DNA of 64,000 bases from Eledone cirrhosa (Eukaryota), in NCBI GenBank assembly GCA_964016885.1, contig OZ024743.1, forward strand, positions 360,840,001 to 360,904,000. The letters run 5' to 3'. Every line of letters begins with the position of its first letter. Within the stretch, counting starts at the first letter, position 1. The notes below the pieces were generated by a model. The model was given only the letters and a program-made list of their open reading frames with translations, ran no database searches and was not told the origin of the DNA. Below, piece by piece: positions 40,955 through 56,249 of this stretch. The translations under genes and the position numbers were made by a program.

Positions 40955-40958
<4 letters not shown>
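40338..40958. mobile_element. Nested palindromes of families H and O
   Basis: Outer arms 40338-40472 and 40823-40958; inner palindrome 40416-40533; spacerless palindrome 40666-40785 with its tail at 40575-40665. Confidence 0.8.
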
Positions 40959-41034
<76 letters not shown>

Positions 41035-41506
41035 TATAATTAAAAGAGATTATTAAAATGATCTTATTCAGAGAACCAAATATATATAAACATATAGAGA
41101 ATATCTTATACAAAATCACTGAAGCTGAGATCACAGTAAAGTATCCATAAGAATAATATTAATACTTGTTGAGAGATGAGAATATTTCCCTTAACAGGTA
41201 TTATATTATTCTTATACGTTACATAATACCTCCGATTAAGAACTGCTCTGGCAATGATGGCTATATCAATCTATTGAAATGTTCAGATTTATTCTTCAAT
41301 TCACCAAATTATACTAAAATCATAGTCAGGGATTTCGGTCAGGATCCTTATATTTAGGTTGCTTGAATGTGAGCATATCCCTAGAGAATGATGTTTGTGA
41401 TGAATTCTTTTCAGTACTTTACTGTTTCAGTACTTTACTGTTTCAGTACTTCAGTGATTTTGTACAATATATCCCCCCCCTCTCTCTCTCTCTTCCTCTC
41501 TCTCTC

Positions 41507-41658
<152 letters not shown>

Positions 41659-41825
41659 TATCGGAGAAAGCTAATAGCGATATTCCGGCCAAATTCCAAC
41701 TCACTCAACAAACATTAGGAAATAAGTGAGTATATTCCTAATTAAACGTTCGAGATGCTAACTAATTTTATTGTGTGGAAAATTGACTGTATTATTTCAT
41801 ATGAGATATATCAAATATATCTCTT

Positions 41826-41948
41826 CCTAGACGTCTCGTTTCATTATAAGATTCCTACAAGTTAGGTGGAATTATACCAATTTATGTAGAAGCTTGTATA
41901 AGATCAACAGATACTTATTCAAGTGGGCTCTTATAATTCTTCAGTGGG
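41826..41948 (-). ncRNA. Hammerhead ribozyme with ~95-nt stem II
   Basis: CCCA CTGAAGA ATTATAAGA...TCTTATAAT GAAA CG-AGA-CG TC TAGG; GUC site. Confidence 0.78.
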
Positions 41949-42015
41949 TGCCCAATAATATTAATATTGATAATCAAATCAACATCAATACTAATATCAA
42001 CATAAATCACTAACT

Positions 42016-42084
<69 letters not shown>

Positions 42085-42116
42085 AGATCAAAAGATGGTT
42101 AAAAGAGTTCCATGTA

Positions 42117-42183
42117 TTTTATTATCCGCATTTCAAAAACAAATATCATCATGCAATAACATTTGTGTTTTCATCAGATAAAA
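42117..42183 (-). ncRNA. Hammerhead ribozyme
   Basis: TTTTAT CTGATGA AAACACAAATGTTAT...ATGATATTTGTTTTT GAAA TGCGGA TA ATAAAA. Confidence 0.78.
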
Positions 42184-42418
42184 TAGGAAGACATGATATG
42201 GAGGTTAACAAATACTTGTGGATAGTGCAGTTTTAAATCAACATATCAACATATATATATATATATATATATAGGAGTTAGTGCCCGATATTTGAGCTCA
42301 CGCCGTTTCAAGGGTGAGTAGATACTTAAATTAAATGTTCGTCTTAAGCTATGGCCGAACACTGTTTCATCAGCTGTGGGCATGTTTCGTGTAATTGGGG
42401 GAAGAATAGGAAAGGTGT

Positions 42419-42449
<31 letters not shown>

Positions 42450-44759
42450 GGCATAGACTCAAAGTCGCGAATATTTGTTGCGATGTCTGTGACAATGTTC
42501 GCAAATGCGCTTCAGACGCCTTGATATATGTATGATTTCTCCCTCTTAGATGAGCGTGCATGTGAAATGCTGCGTCTGTGTATATCTGTGTGGTTTCGTT
42601 ATGCTTGATGGGTGGAGATGGCTGAAATTGGGAAAGAACCAAACTGCCTGTGTCGAAAAATGAAGTCGAGTAAATTTGGTTTCGGGCAAGTTGAAAGTAG
42701 TAATTATTATTATTATATTTAACTGTTGTCCCATTCCCTGTGCCTCTTCCTACGTTTCTACCCGGTTCTATTCTTATATTTTGGTGCGCCTGCTAATGTT
42801 GTTGTTGTTATGGTTGTGTGGCTGTAGTTCAGTACTTTTAGTGTTTGGGTGTTTATACTTGAGGAGTTAAGTTTATCTTATATGGGTGTATCCTGACCGC
42901 TGCGTACGTGGTGTGTCTGCATGCCTGCGTATTTCTGGTGATAACGTCGATGTATATAGGGGTGGGAGGGGGGGGGGGGGGGGGTTATACACAGTCTGGA
43001 GGCTTTTTTTTATGAATTTGAGTTGTGCACAAAAAAGAGAGGTGCTACAGGGTGTTCTTTGTCCTTACTAGACCCGAGGGGTTCCGATAGCACTAATGAC
43101 ATGTGCGTTGTGCTAAAGTGTTTTGTTATACCTATGTGTTCATCTAATTAGTGATGTAACTCTGTAAAATTACTTCATGCGCAAATGCAGACTCACAAAA
43201 TATTAAAACATCCACACACATTAAACCACTCACCCACACACACTCAAACTCACACGTATAGCCAATAAATGCACACCCCGACACATAATGATGCTCCCCC
43301 CAACTCAAGCGCAACCACACAGGCACTCACCTATACACAGTTCGATGCACTCCCACATGAATTGATATACACTCAAGGGCATTAGTATTGAGTTTCACCA
43401 CGGAAAATTCAGCACACCCATCTGCTTTGTGGGTGTCATATCTGGGAGGCACAAATCACGGTTACAATAGAAAATACTTTCTCAAACCACTGCACCGTGG
43501 GACCGAATCCAAGCTCCTGTCGTGATATTCATCGAATATACAGCTTATAAATTTCTAATGATGCAATTTTATTGATGCATTAAATGTATATTTCACGATA
43601 CATATATTAAATATAAAATTTACACTGAACTCTGATCGTAAATTCACCTCTAGTGTGTATTTAACAATGCCGCATTATTCATTGTCAAAATGTTACCGTT
43701 GATGAATACGTTTTATGTAACTGACAAACGCTATCGTGTGTATCATGATTTCGGGTAGATTCATTTGATTATAAAACTCCACTTCAATAAATATGCATGG
43801 TATAATATACTGAAAAATTGAATAAAGATGAAATGTTCTGCTTTCAAGTATGTTTTTATCGAATGGAAAATCTGATAAAATATTTAAGAAGAATCTACTT
43901 TAAAATGCATATACAATGCAAAAAGTTATTAGCACAAACGATTTTCTCTTTAAACTGAACAATATTTATTATTTAGTAAGATGTTTACACATTGTGAAAA
44001 TGAAAGTATTTTATGTTTTCCTCTTGTAAAAATCCTAAAATGTTAATCTTACTTAATTGTATTTAATTACTCACAGTGTTTCAAGCTGAAAATATTCTGT
44101 GATGGTGTTATTTGATGAAAGGTCCGAGGCCAAGGTTATTCATATGGAAAACACGATAGTTGATAATTACAAAAAATAATCAGTGCTTGAATTCTGTGAT
44201 ATACATATCATATTGCTGATAATATCTGTCGGTCGCTACTCCTGGCAGAAACAACACCATTTTATCGCTGGGAGGAGGCGAGAAGAGAACCGATAACGTA
44301 AAAGAGCTGGAATTTATGTCACAAAGCAACACGTCCGACGCTTTAGCAATATCAACAATTTAGTGCCCTCGAACTGATACTTTATCGAACTTGGAAAGAA
44401 AATATTCTAATTTGAGCTGGGAAGGCCGAAACGAATACTGAGGCTCATAATCTGAATCATATTTTGCTATTGTTGGTTTAATCTGGAGGGAATCGTCTTC
44501 CAACTGGCTAATTATTGATTATGAGTAATGAATATTTACACGAAGATGAAGATTTCGTTTCTGTTATTGGTGTTAAGTTAATGAAGAACTTGTGACTAGG
44601 ATCTTCTCATGGTTTCCGATTGGTTAATGCAATAAATGTACCGCTACATCAAATGTAAGTGACCGAGAGCAGAACAATATGGGTAAGTGGGGAATTTCGA
44701 AGGTCGATATGCTGGGGAGGATTAAGTGGACGCAATATTAAGTACAGGAGTTAAGTAGG

Positions 44760-45560
44760 CAAACACAATATTGGTGACGATGAGACAGTACCATTCAGTC
44801 TTATTTACGAGTGTTCATGAAATCTATCATGTGTACATGGTTGGATCTTGGATGATATCAGGTAGCTTTATATTTGAGCTTCTGGCGGAAAAGAATGTTG
44901 CAGGTGGTTAAGTTGAGTTCTGAGCATAGTTTAAGCAATCTCAGGCCGCTGGTGTTATTAACCAATACCAAATGCATCAAAGGCACACCACGTCTCATGA
45001 TCCCTAACCACACGAGAATTAAAATCACCGAAAGCAATAATTTATCGTCAGCAGGTGTGCATGCAATGACAGCATGATGAGACTCATAGAAAGAATCAAG
45101 GACCACCTCACTAGCCTGTAGGCTTCGTGCATAAATAGATAAAAGTTTTACACAACGGCCATGTCTCAGAGGAATACGAAGCTTCATAATGCGATCGATT
45201 ACTCCAGTAGGACATTCTATATGATCAAGCTGGAATGTTCTAATGGTGAAGCCAACACCACCATCTCTCCGTCCAGCTATGGGTTTACCTACCCCAAAAG
45301 AGAACAGCATGATGATACTTCTGTTAATTGAACTTCACCCACCAAACGTGTTCAGATAAAGTTGCTATGTCTATGTTCAATCTTCTGAGTTCTTTTGTCA
45401 CAAGTGCAGTTCTATGTCCCGGACGTCCAGACGAGTTTATGTCCAGGAGTGTCCTTACGTTCCAACAACTAATGTTGAGTTTGACTCGATCTTTCTCGTA
45501 ATATTTGCATTTTTCTTTACGCTTATTCCTGCTTGACAGGGGTAAAGGAAGTTCAGGGTG
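44760..45560 (-). pseudogene. RTE/BovB-like LINE 5' fragment (APE endonuclease)
   Basis: LNISCWNVRTLLD...RTALVTKELRRLNIDIATLSE; GVGFTIR; DRIMKLRIPL; LSIYA; KAT.YHPRS..HMIDF. Frameshifted. Confidence 0.88.
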
Positions 45561-46006
45561 CCTTGTGTAGACTTGTGACATAACCTTCCTGCTGGTCAGG
45601 TCTGCACATGTTACCATTCATCTATCACTGCACTATTTCAGAAATAGGATAGACGAAGAAAGATGTAAGAGACATCTGCACATCAGTATATTAAAGTGGT
45701 AAACGCTTGTACAACACGAGTACCACCCTATGAGTATCCGCAATTAGAGTCCAGTGACATGCTGAAACAAGATGACTGGAATTGCTTCAACCGCAGATTT
45801 GAAAGAGTTTCCTTTTCACCCAATGACATCCAAACATACGATAAGTACCCACCCACACCCCCACACACAGGACTCACAAACGCACACACCACTCACACAC
45901 AAACACTCATGTCATGCATATGAACAAACACATATACGCCACTCACACGCATGCACACACACAATATATATATACATATATATATATATAAATATATATA
46001 TATATG

Positions 46007-46118
<112 letters not shown>

Positions 46119-46535
46119 CCGTCAGAAAAATACAGGAATAAAGAGTGCTCTATGTAGGCTAGAGAGCTTATTAGTTATGTAATAAACAATATAAGATAAT
46201 TATTTCATTTTACTAGTGGTTTCTTGAAGACAGATGCTGTGTCTGTCTTCAGTTGTGAGAATGAATATATATCAAAGGTATATATTGAGTTAGAAACTCA
46301 AAATAGTCTCTTACAATAAAATAGCTCTAGGAAAGGGATTTTTCCGAGCCGTATATCATAATTGAATATGAAAGAGAGATAAACAGAGATACATACATAT
46401 ATGTGTTCAAATCGCAATGGACCAGGTTCGCTAAGGTGAAAAATATAGTAACTATGGACAATAGGGTTTGCCAGACTCAATTTAAGAATAAATCAAGAAA
46501 ATAAATACAAATCGGAATTGTGGTAACTACCGATT

Positions 46536-46611
46536 ACCCATACAGCGTTTGGCTATGCTGTTTCACAAATTGATTGTGAAGAGGATTACCAATTCTTTCT
46601 CGTCAGAGGGT
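46536..46611 (-). ncRNA. Hammerhead ribozyme
   Basis: ACCCT CTGACGA ..GAATTGGT...ATCAATTT.. GAAA CAGC-ATAGCCAAAC-GCTG TA TGGGT. Confidence 0.72.
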
Positions 46612-47112
46612 GAACATTAGTAAACTCCTCACTTCTAAATATATCAGACAATAAATATAATAAGGCACATGGAATTAAAACTTAGCGTGTCCCACAAACT
46701 CACACCACTAAAAATAGTAGCCAAGTTTACTCGACATTGTCATTAATACTATGGATGTGGCAACTGTTGTCTTTCGAAAGCGTCAGTACAATTGAAGCTG
46801 TTAATGTGTTGCTGTTTAGATTTATCGTGTCGCTGTTGTTGTTTTCATAAGCTTTGATCGTTAGGGTGGTGCTGGCTGTTGATGTTGTTGTTATGCTTTT
46901 TATCGTTTTGATGCTGATGTTGTTGTAGATAATGGTGCTGGTGTTCCTTTCGATGTTGTTGTGTTGTAGATGCTGGTTCTCGTGGATCATTTTGACTGAG
47001 TGGTGGTGAAGGCAGTTAATATTGTTATAAATATGTTATATCTTCGGGAGTTTCTTATATGTCTGATAGGTTCTATTTCGACTATTTCGTGTACTTATTT
47101 CATTCCATTATT

Positions 47113-47441
47113 TGGATTGGCAGTATCGGTAGAGGATCAGACGCCATGCTTTCCAGCATAGTTACGTCCCTTTACGATCTGAGATCAAATCCCGCCGAGG
47201 TTGACTTTGCCTTTCATCCTTACGGGGTCGATAAAATAAAGTACCAGTAATGCACTGGGTAATTGCTGGCCTTGTGCCTAAAGTAGAAACAATTATTTGG
47301 ATAAGGAAACTCCCTGTATAATCTGAGTTCAAATCCCGCCGAGGTTAACTTTGCCTTTCATCCTTCCGAGGTGGATAGAATAAAGTACCAGTAATGTATT
47401 GGGTAATTGCTGGCCTTGTGCCAAAAGTAGAAACAATTATT
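47113..47441 (+). mobile_element. Two tandem Nin-like SINE copies (47113-47297, 47321-47441)
   Basis: Both carry the central domain and the gtagaaacaattatt tail, and each is followed by ttgga(t/c)aaggaaact. Confidence 0.88.
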
Positions 47442-47513
47442 TGGACAAGGAAACTACTCAGACACCCTGAAAAAATGCACTTTTTATTGATTTTAACTTT
47501 TCCCATATATACA

Positions 47514-49076
<1,563 letters not shown>

Positions 49077-49079
49077 TAC

Positions 49080-49330
49080 TCCACCCTGATTACACCTTCA
49101 GATTTATGCCTGTGGTTATTGGGGCACTGGGGTTTGTTATTAACTGCTTCAATACAAATCTTGAGAAGCTAGGCTTCACGGGAACAGAAAGAATACAACT
49201 AGTTAGGAAATTACAAGTACAATCCATTAATGGAACAGTAAAAATATGTAAAACATTCCAACAATGTTACACCTAATAACTGCATATACACATGTACAGA
49301 TACAAAGCATATACACATGCACCAACTGGT
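49080..49330 (+). mobile_element. Dong/R4-like LINE 3' end fragment
   Basis: FMPVVIGALGFV...LQVQSINGTVKICKTF. Confidence 0.8.
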
Positions 49331-49484
49331 GACCTGACATACATACATACAAACATATATACATACATGCATGTACAGATACAAAGCATATACCAGTAGC
49401 ACCAACTGGTGACCTGACATACATACATACAAACATATATACATACATGCATACATACATACATAACACATACATAACATAACA

Positions 49485-52330
49485 CAGCCAACGCGATCAG
49501 TTGCATATTTTGGCGTGGGAGACTATTTATTAAATTTAAGATGAATACTATCTCCAACAGTAATGCCACAACTACAGTCATGTTGAAAAACTGGTTATAC
49601 TTCTAACTATCCCTTCTGAAGACATCTTTGATTCGATTTCCTAGAGATATCCGACTAAATACATAATTCATTTTACAAGGATTTGCTACAAACAGCATGG
49701 CTGAACACAACATCAACAACAAAATTAAGGAAATATCGAAGAAAAACAACTAGAAAGGTAAATAAAATTTATTCAGTTGTAGCTACAGAAGAAACCGAAA
49801 TTATAAATCGCATTTCTCTTGGAGTTGCGAACTTAATGATGATTTATTTAATTGTTATAAAATGGCAAAAACAATCCCTCCATTGGCTATATGAACAGAA
49901 TGAAGCTACACTGGGACGAAATGCACCCAGAGCTAAATTATTTCACAGCGAAACAATTACACCAACAAGTGATGTTTGTTGAACGTAAAAATAAGATAAA
50001 TATTATTAATTGTAAGTCCCCCACAACAAACATGGGATCAACAACACGTGCTACATATCGCCATGTTACTAGACTTCCTGGCAGCCAGGTCGAACAGTGC
50101 CTTGAAACAACTATGCCTGTAAGAAACTTGACACCACGTGTACCATCTAAGTTTACCTCGAATGCTGGGCAAAACACTATCGCTAATAATAATAATCGAA
50201 GAAATAATAATAATTGTTTCTACTTTTGGCACAAGGCCAGCAATCATCTCAGTGCATTACTGGTACTTTATTTTATCGACCCCGTAAGGATGAAAGGCAA
50301 AGTTAACCACAGCGGGATTTGAACTCGGAATAGCAAGGGCCGTAACTCTATGTGTCAAAGCATGGCGTCCGACCCTCTACCAATATAATCGAAGAAATTT
50401 GACAGCACATGTACCATCCGATTCAACCTCGACTGTTGTGGAAAATACTATCGTTAATGATAATGATCAAACGTATAAACAATTGAAAATTTCCCTCAAC
50501 GAAATCTTCCAAAGAAATTAATTCATGTATAAATATCTCTCTTGCTGAACGTATTAAAACGACAATATTTAATAAAAAAACAAATAATGAAATATTACGT
50601 GTTATTGACGAAATAGGGATGAATATTTACGACGAATAAAAACCCCAACATTTTGGCAAATCAACACCTTAGCAACGACAGTGAAGCATTATCTTGGTGA
50701 TAGCAGAGATATTAACAAGAACAAAACACCACCAAAAATAACATCATATATAACTAAAATAGAAAAAAGATTGCTGCCCTACGAAAAACCATAGGATATG
50801 TGACAATGCTCCTTACATGCAAACAAACACAAAACAAAACTTCACTCCTCAACAACAAAGAGTGAAAAATAAAATAGAGACGATGTTTGGAAACATTAGA
50901 ACCAGAACTCTTCAATAGAAGCTGATTACCATCAAACAAGAATTGAGAGCTATTAGCGAAAAATGCAAATACCTGAAGAAGGTAGGTGAAAAAAAAGTGC
51001 TTAATAAAAAATTCAGACGAAACCAAACATCAGTCTATAGATATATGAAGAACAAAATAATAAGTGTCACTGAGGCCCCATCCCAGAACGACAGATTCTT
51101 TTTGGAGAAAAATATGGGGTGAAAAGAAGAATTTTAACCAAGATGCAGTGTGGCTAGAATAAATCCGAAAGAACGATTGCTCCTACACTACAACAAAAAC
51201 ATACGAAATAAGGGAGGGTACCCTTGAGCGCAAAAGAAAACAGTTGCTCACAATGTGTTTGGGTACCTGTCCTAACACCAACGTTTGGAATACTCAATTG
51301 GACGATAGACGAAATCCGAGCAGTTGACGTTAGATTCGAAAAATACTTAACAACAGCGGAAACTTCCATCCACATAAACAGTGACATAGACGGCCATTAC
51401 TTGAAACGTAAGCATGGAGGCAGGGGCCTAACATCAGTCCAGACAGCATTTGAATGTCGCATCATATCCCTCCGACAACACCTACGAACCTCGAAGCGTA
51501 GCAGCCCGTCTCTCGAGCAAGTCTATCTGTATGAAACAGATAAGATCATGAGAGTTGGGAAGGAACTCCTCGAGAGATATTCCCTGTATGAGAATGAAAA
51601 ACTCACACCCAGGGAAGTCGCTCAGCAGTATTGCAGTGAATCCATGGATGAAAAACTGCATGCTTATCAGCAACAAATCATGCATGGATATGTTGCCAGG
51701 AAGCTCCAGAGTGAGAGTAATATAGATAAAGAAAGTAGTCTATCTTGGACCAACAACCGCTATATTGGCTCCCACTTTGAAGGATACGCTTTTGCAATCC
51801 AAGAACAGGAGATTAACACGAAATACCTGATTCACCAAAGAGATAGGGATGCAGGCAAAACACCTAGATGTTATAACAAGTGAAGACTCTGCAGAACTAA
51901 CATCGAAGATATTACCCATTTATGCCTGTGATTATTGGGACACTGGGGTATGTTAGTAACTACCTTAATACAACATTTGAGAAGCTTGGCTTCACGGGAA
52001 CAGAAAGAGCACAACTAGATAGGAAATTACAAGTACAATTCATTAATGGAACAGTAAAAATATGTAAAACATTACAAAAATGTTGCATCTAATAACTGCA
52101 TATACACATGTACGGATACAAAGCATATACACATGCACACATACAACTCAAAACATACACATCTCCACATAGAATAACATTCATATCTACACATGCATGC
52201 ATACATAATCTACCTAGTTGATGTGTAAATTCCAATGAGAGATACTTGTGTCTATGTTAGTAACCGACTCCCCCTCGCTCTATTGGGAAAAAGTTTGTGA
52301 AATTATAAAACCAGAAGAACATACATACAT
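49485..52330 (+). mobile_element. Internally deleted Dong/R4-clade non-LTR retrotransposon
   Basis: N-terminal GYMNRMKLHWDEMHP...KQLHQQ; VPVLTPTFGILNW...SDID..YLKRKHGGRGL; FEGYAFAIQEQEINTKY; .RLC...EDITH; PVIIGTLG. The RT core is absent. Confidence 0.85.
50203..50384 (-). mobile_element. Nin-like SINE nested in the Dong-like element, 14-bp TSD
   Basis: TSD ataatcgaagaaat at 50192-50205 and 50385-50398. Confidence 0.9.
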
Positions 52331-52369
52331 GCATAAGGAATCATGCTTATCAGCCAAAAAAAAAAAAGT

Positions 52370-54180
52370 TTGGCTATGCTGCCAGAAAGCTTCAAAGTGT
52401 TTGAAATCTAGGTAAGCAAAATAGTCTATCTTGGAACAGCAACCGGTGTATTAGCCCTCGTGTTTGAAGGATACATTTTAGCAATACAATAATACGAATT
52501 AAGAACGACATACCTAATGCGTAAAATAGATAGGGGTGCATGTGAAACATCTAGATGTGACAACATCTTAAAACTTTGCGGAATTAACATCAAAATTATC
52601 ACAGTCATGAAAAGACTCTATCCAAAGATATCATCATGATACAATCTACCTATGAAGCATGGTGTAGTAGCCAAAATACGACACTATACAATCTACCTAT
52701 GAAGCATGGTGTAGTAGCCAAAATACTATACGATATAATCTACCTACGAAGCATGGTGTAGTAGCCAAAACACTATACTATAGAATCTACCTATGAAGCA
52801 TGGTGTAGTAGCCAAAACACTATACTATACAATCAACCCATGAAGCATGGTGTAGTAGCCAAAATACTATTATACAATCTACCTATGAAGCATGGTGTAG
52901 TAGCCAAAACACTATACTATACAATCTATCTATGAAGCATGGTGTTGTAGCCAAAACACTATACAATCTACCTATGAAGCATGGTGTAGTAGCCAACATA
53001 CTATACTATACAATCAACCTATGAAGCATTGTGTAGTAGCCAAAACACTATATTATACAATCTACCTACGAAGCATGGTGTAGTAGCCAAAACACTATAC
53101 TATAGAATCTACCTATGAAGCATGGTGTAGTAGCCAAAACACTATACTATACAATCAACCCATGAAGCATGGTGTAGTAGCCAAAATACTATTATACAAT
53201 CTACCTATGAAGCATGGTGTAGTAGCCAAAACACTATACTATACAATCTATCTATGAAGCATGGTGTTGTAGCCAAAACACTATACAATCTACCTATGAA
53301 GCATGGTGTAGTAGCCAACATACTATACTATACAATCAACCTATGAAGCATTGTGTAGTAGCCAAAACACTATATTATACAATCTACCTATGAAGCATGG
53401 TGTAGTAGCCAAAACACTATACTATACAATCTACCTATGAAGCATGGTGTAGTAGCCAAAACACTATACTATACAATCTACCTATGAAGCATGATGTAGT
53501 AGCCAAAACACTATACTATACATTCCCTTGATAGGATACCGCTGAGAATAAACTTTCAAAAATGGTAGTGACGTGAAGAAATATGCATACATAATATGCA
53601 CTGGTAGAAAGTTTCACTCAAACTCCAATAAATTGCAAATGTAAACAAAACAAACATAGTGATAGAGAAAAGAAAAAAGCATGCACAACAGATGTCAATA
53701 TAATGATAAAGGAAAGGAGAAAATTAATGCTGAAAAATAGTGAACCAGCATCCTGACTATACTTTGAGTATTGTACCTGTGGTCATTGGCGCCCATGGAG
53801 ATGCTACTAACTGGTTGAATTGGGCTTCTTAGAACTGGACAGGGTACGACAAGTTAGGTATTTGCAAGTACATTCCATTAATGGAACTGCAAAAATGTGT
53901 AAAACATTCCAGAAATTCAGCATGTAATAAATGCTTATAGACATCTATCAATTCAGAGACACACATGTGTAAAAATACAACGCAAAACGTATAGCTCCAT
54001 TCAAGAACCCCTTTACAAACACACATGTACTCATAAACACGCACGCACACACAAACGCATATACTTCCATGTGTATTTAATTAGTTGATATTGTCTAAAT
54101 TCCAATGAAAGTGTTTTGATTCTACGTTCAAAACCGACTCCCTCTAGTGGTGAAACCAAAGAACACATGGATACATATAT
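52370..54180 (+). mobile_element. Older Dong/R4-like 3' fragment containing the 47-bp array
   Basis: FEGYILAIQ...; after the array, VPVVIGAHG...LQVHSINGTAKMCKTF. Confidence 0.75.
52640..53518 (+). repeat. Minisatellite, 19 x about 47 bp, with a 322-bp higher-order duplication
   Basis: Unit tacaatctacctatgaagcatggtgtagtagccaaaacactatacta. Confidence 0.95.
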
Positions 54181-54185
54181 GCATA

Positions 54186-54362
54186 TAATTGTTACTACTT
54201 TTGGCACAAGGCCAGCAATTATCTCAGTGCATTGCCGGTGCTTTATTTTACCGACCCCATAGGGATGAAAGGCAAAGTTAAGCTCGGTGGGATTTGAATT
54301 CGGAACGTAAGGGGCCATAACTCTATGCTGCAGAGCATGGTGCCTGGTGCTCTACTGATACT
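54186..54362 (-). mobile_element. Nin-like SINE (diverged)
   Basis: Reverse complement of the family consensus. Confidence 0.8.
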
Positions 54363-54708
54363 GAACGTTTTTTGGAAAACATATTTTTTCAAAATTATAA
54401 GATGTCTACTGATGATTGCTACCTTTTGACTTCAACATTACCCGATGTTGATCAACGGTAAATGTTGATGATTTTTGCTGCATGAAATGGTACCATGTAG
54501 GGCTTATACAAACTTACTGGTCATGTAAGTATTCTGTTACTCATTGTAGCCTAACTATTGTGTTCTCTGAAAAATATTAGATATTTCGTTTCCTATAATA
54601 TTGGCCGTGTGCAAAGATCCTGGTGTATTGGCGTTTGGATACAATTCTGTTATTGATCAATCATAGAGGCACATGATCATTATATACAATATATCGATCT
54701 CTCTCTTT

Positions 54709-54822
<114 letters not shown>

Positions 54823-54903
54823 GATAAACAGGAATAACAACACAATCGGTACAGTATATGAAAGGGATATTTTAGGTTAACGCTTGATATAGCAGGAAGA
54901 AGG

Positions 54904-54939
54904 TCTTAATGTTTCGGACGCTAGTCATTCATCAGAAGA
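54904..54939 (-). ncRNA. Degenerate minimal hammerhead, 3' of the Neptune-like fragment
   Basis: TCTT CTGATGA AT-GAC-TAGC-GTC-C GAAA CAT T AAGA. Confidence 0.5.
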
Positions 54940-55202
54940 AAGAATGAGAAATAAGATAGATTGAGAGGACGTGCGGGGTGGAATTGGAAAAAATGTCTTT
55001 AGATAAAAAATAACAGGTCCATTCATGTTGACATCTCTTGCAAAACTGTTGGTGCTGGCGTTTTGTGTATGATTTATTTTTTAGAAAAGTGGAAGATAGA
55101 GCGCGTCTACCTGAAATGGAAAAAAAAACGTTTTGTAAAGAGAGCTATACTTGAGCACGTGCGTAAACGTGTGTTTGTGTGTGTGTGTGTGTGCGTGTGT
55201 GT

Positions 55203-55259
<57 letters not shown>

Positions 55260-55529
55260 GGTGTGTGTGTGTGTGTGAGTGTGTGTGTGTGTGGGGGGTT
55301 ATTATACGCCCGTACGTAGCTAAGAAGAAATGTGTATGTATATGTGAGTAAAATAGTGTGTGTGCATGTAAGTACGAAGCTATGAGCAAAACTATGTTAA
55401 TGTAAGGTTGTGTATATGTGTATACAGAGCAGTGAATGGGAAAGTAGAGTGAGCATATATAGTCGGTATGTATTAGTTGTAAGAGAAGCTGCTAATGATC
55501 AAGAGAAAGCGATAGGAATCTAGGGGTGT

Positions 55530-56085
55530 GATAATGGACGGAGTATTAGAGAAATTGGGGAGGTGAGTTGAGTCCAAGAGGGGAAAGGACCCAAGGCGGT
55601 GAATCAGACTTTGTTCTGTCCTGGTACGCGAGGCCTGTGATCCATTATGTAAAAGGACACCCAGGACTGAAACAAGTAGGGAAGAATGACCAGGAGAACA
55701 GTTATGACGGGCGACAGGTGTATCCAAACCGAGTCGTATGTCCCTCAAATGTTCGGAAAAACGGTCCGCCATACGGCGTCCCGTTTGTCCGATATATAAA
55801 GACCCGCAAAGGGAACACCGGAGGGCATAGACAACGTGGGTGGATGTGCTGGTTATAGGAATGGCGGATACGGAAACACCCGTTAGGACCTGTAAGAGTG
55901 GTGGAGGTGGAAATAAAGGGACAAGTGTTGCAGCGGGAACGGGTACAAGGATGAGGGGCGGGGTGGAGTCGTGGGAGAGGACGAAAAGGAACTGTGAACC
56001 AGGAGGTTGCGGAGTTGCGGGTGCGCTTAAAAGCAGTAATGGGTGGGTTTGGAAAAAAGCGAGAAGTGACGGCGTCAGAAGAGAG
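55530..56085 (-). pseudogene. Neptune-like PLE GIY-YIG fragment
   Basis: TSTHVVYALRCSLCGSLYIGQTGRRMADRFSEHLRDIR...PVARH...RTRTEQSLIHRLG. Confidence 0.88.
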
Positions 56086-56146
56086 GATACCTACTGTTGT
56101 TTTTATGTATATTTGTCCCGTTCTTTTTATTATTATGTTCTCTATA

Positions 56147-56249
56147 GCCGAGGTTCACTTTGCCTTTCATCCTTACGGGGTCGATAAAATAAAGTACCAG
56201 TAATGTACTGGGTAATTGCTGGCCTTGTGCCTAAAGTAGAAACAATTAT
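56147..56249 (+). mobile_element. 5'-truncated Nin-like SINE with 15-bp TSD
   Basis: TSD attatgttctctata at 56132-56146 and 56245-56259. Confidence 0.9.

Noticed and set aside
42285-42380. Minus-strand CTGATGA...GAAACGGCGTG motif
   Set aside because: Stems I and II do not close and the site would be GUG.
52640-53518. CRISPR-like regular array
   Set aside because: There are no unique spacers and no cas genes, the context is eukaryotic, and the unit derives from a LINE ORF.
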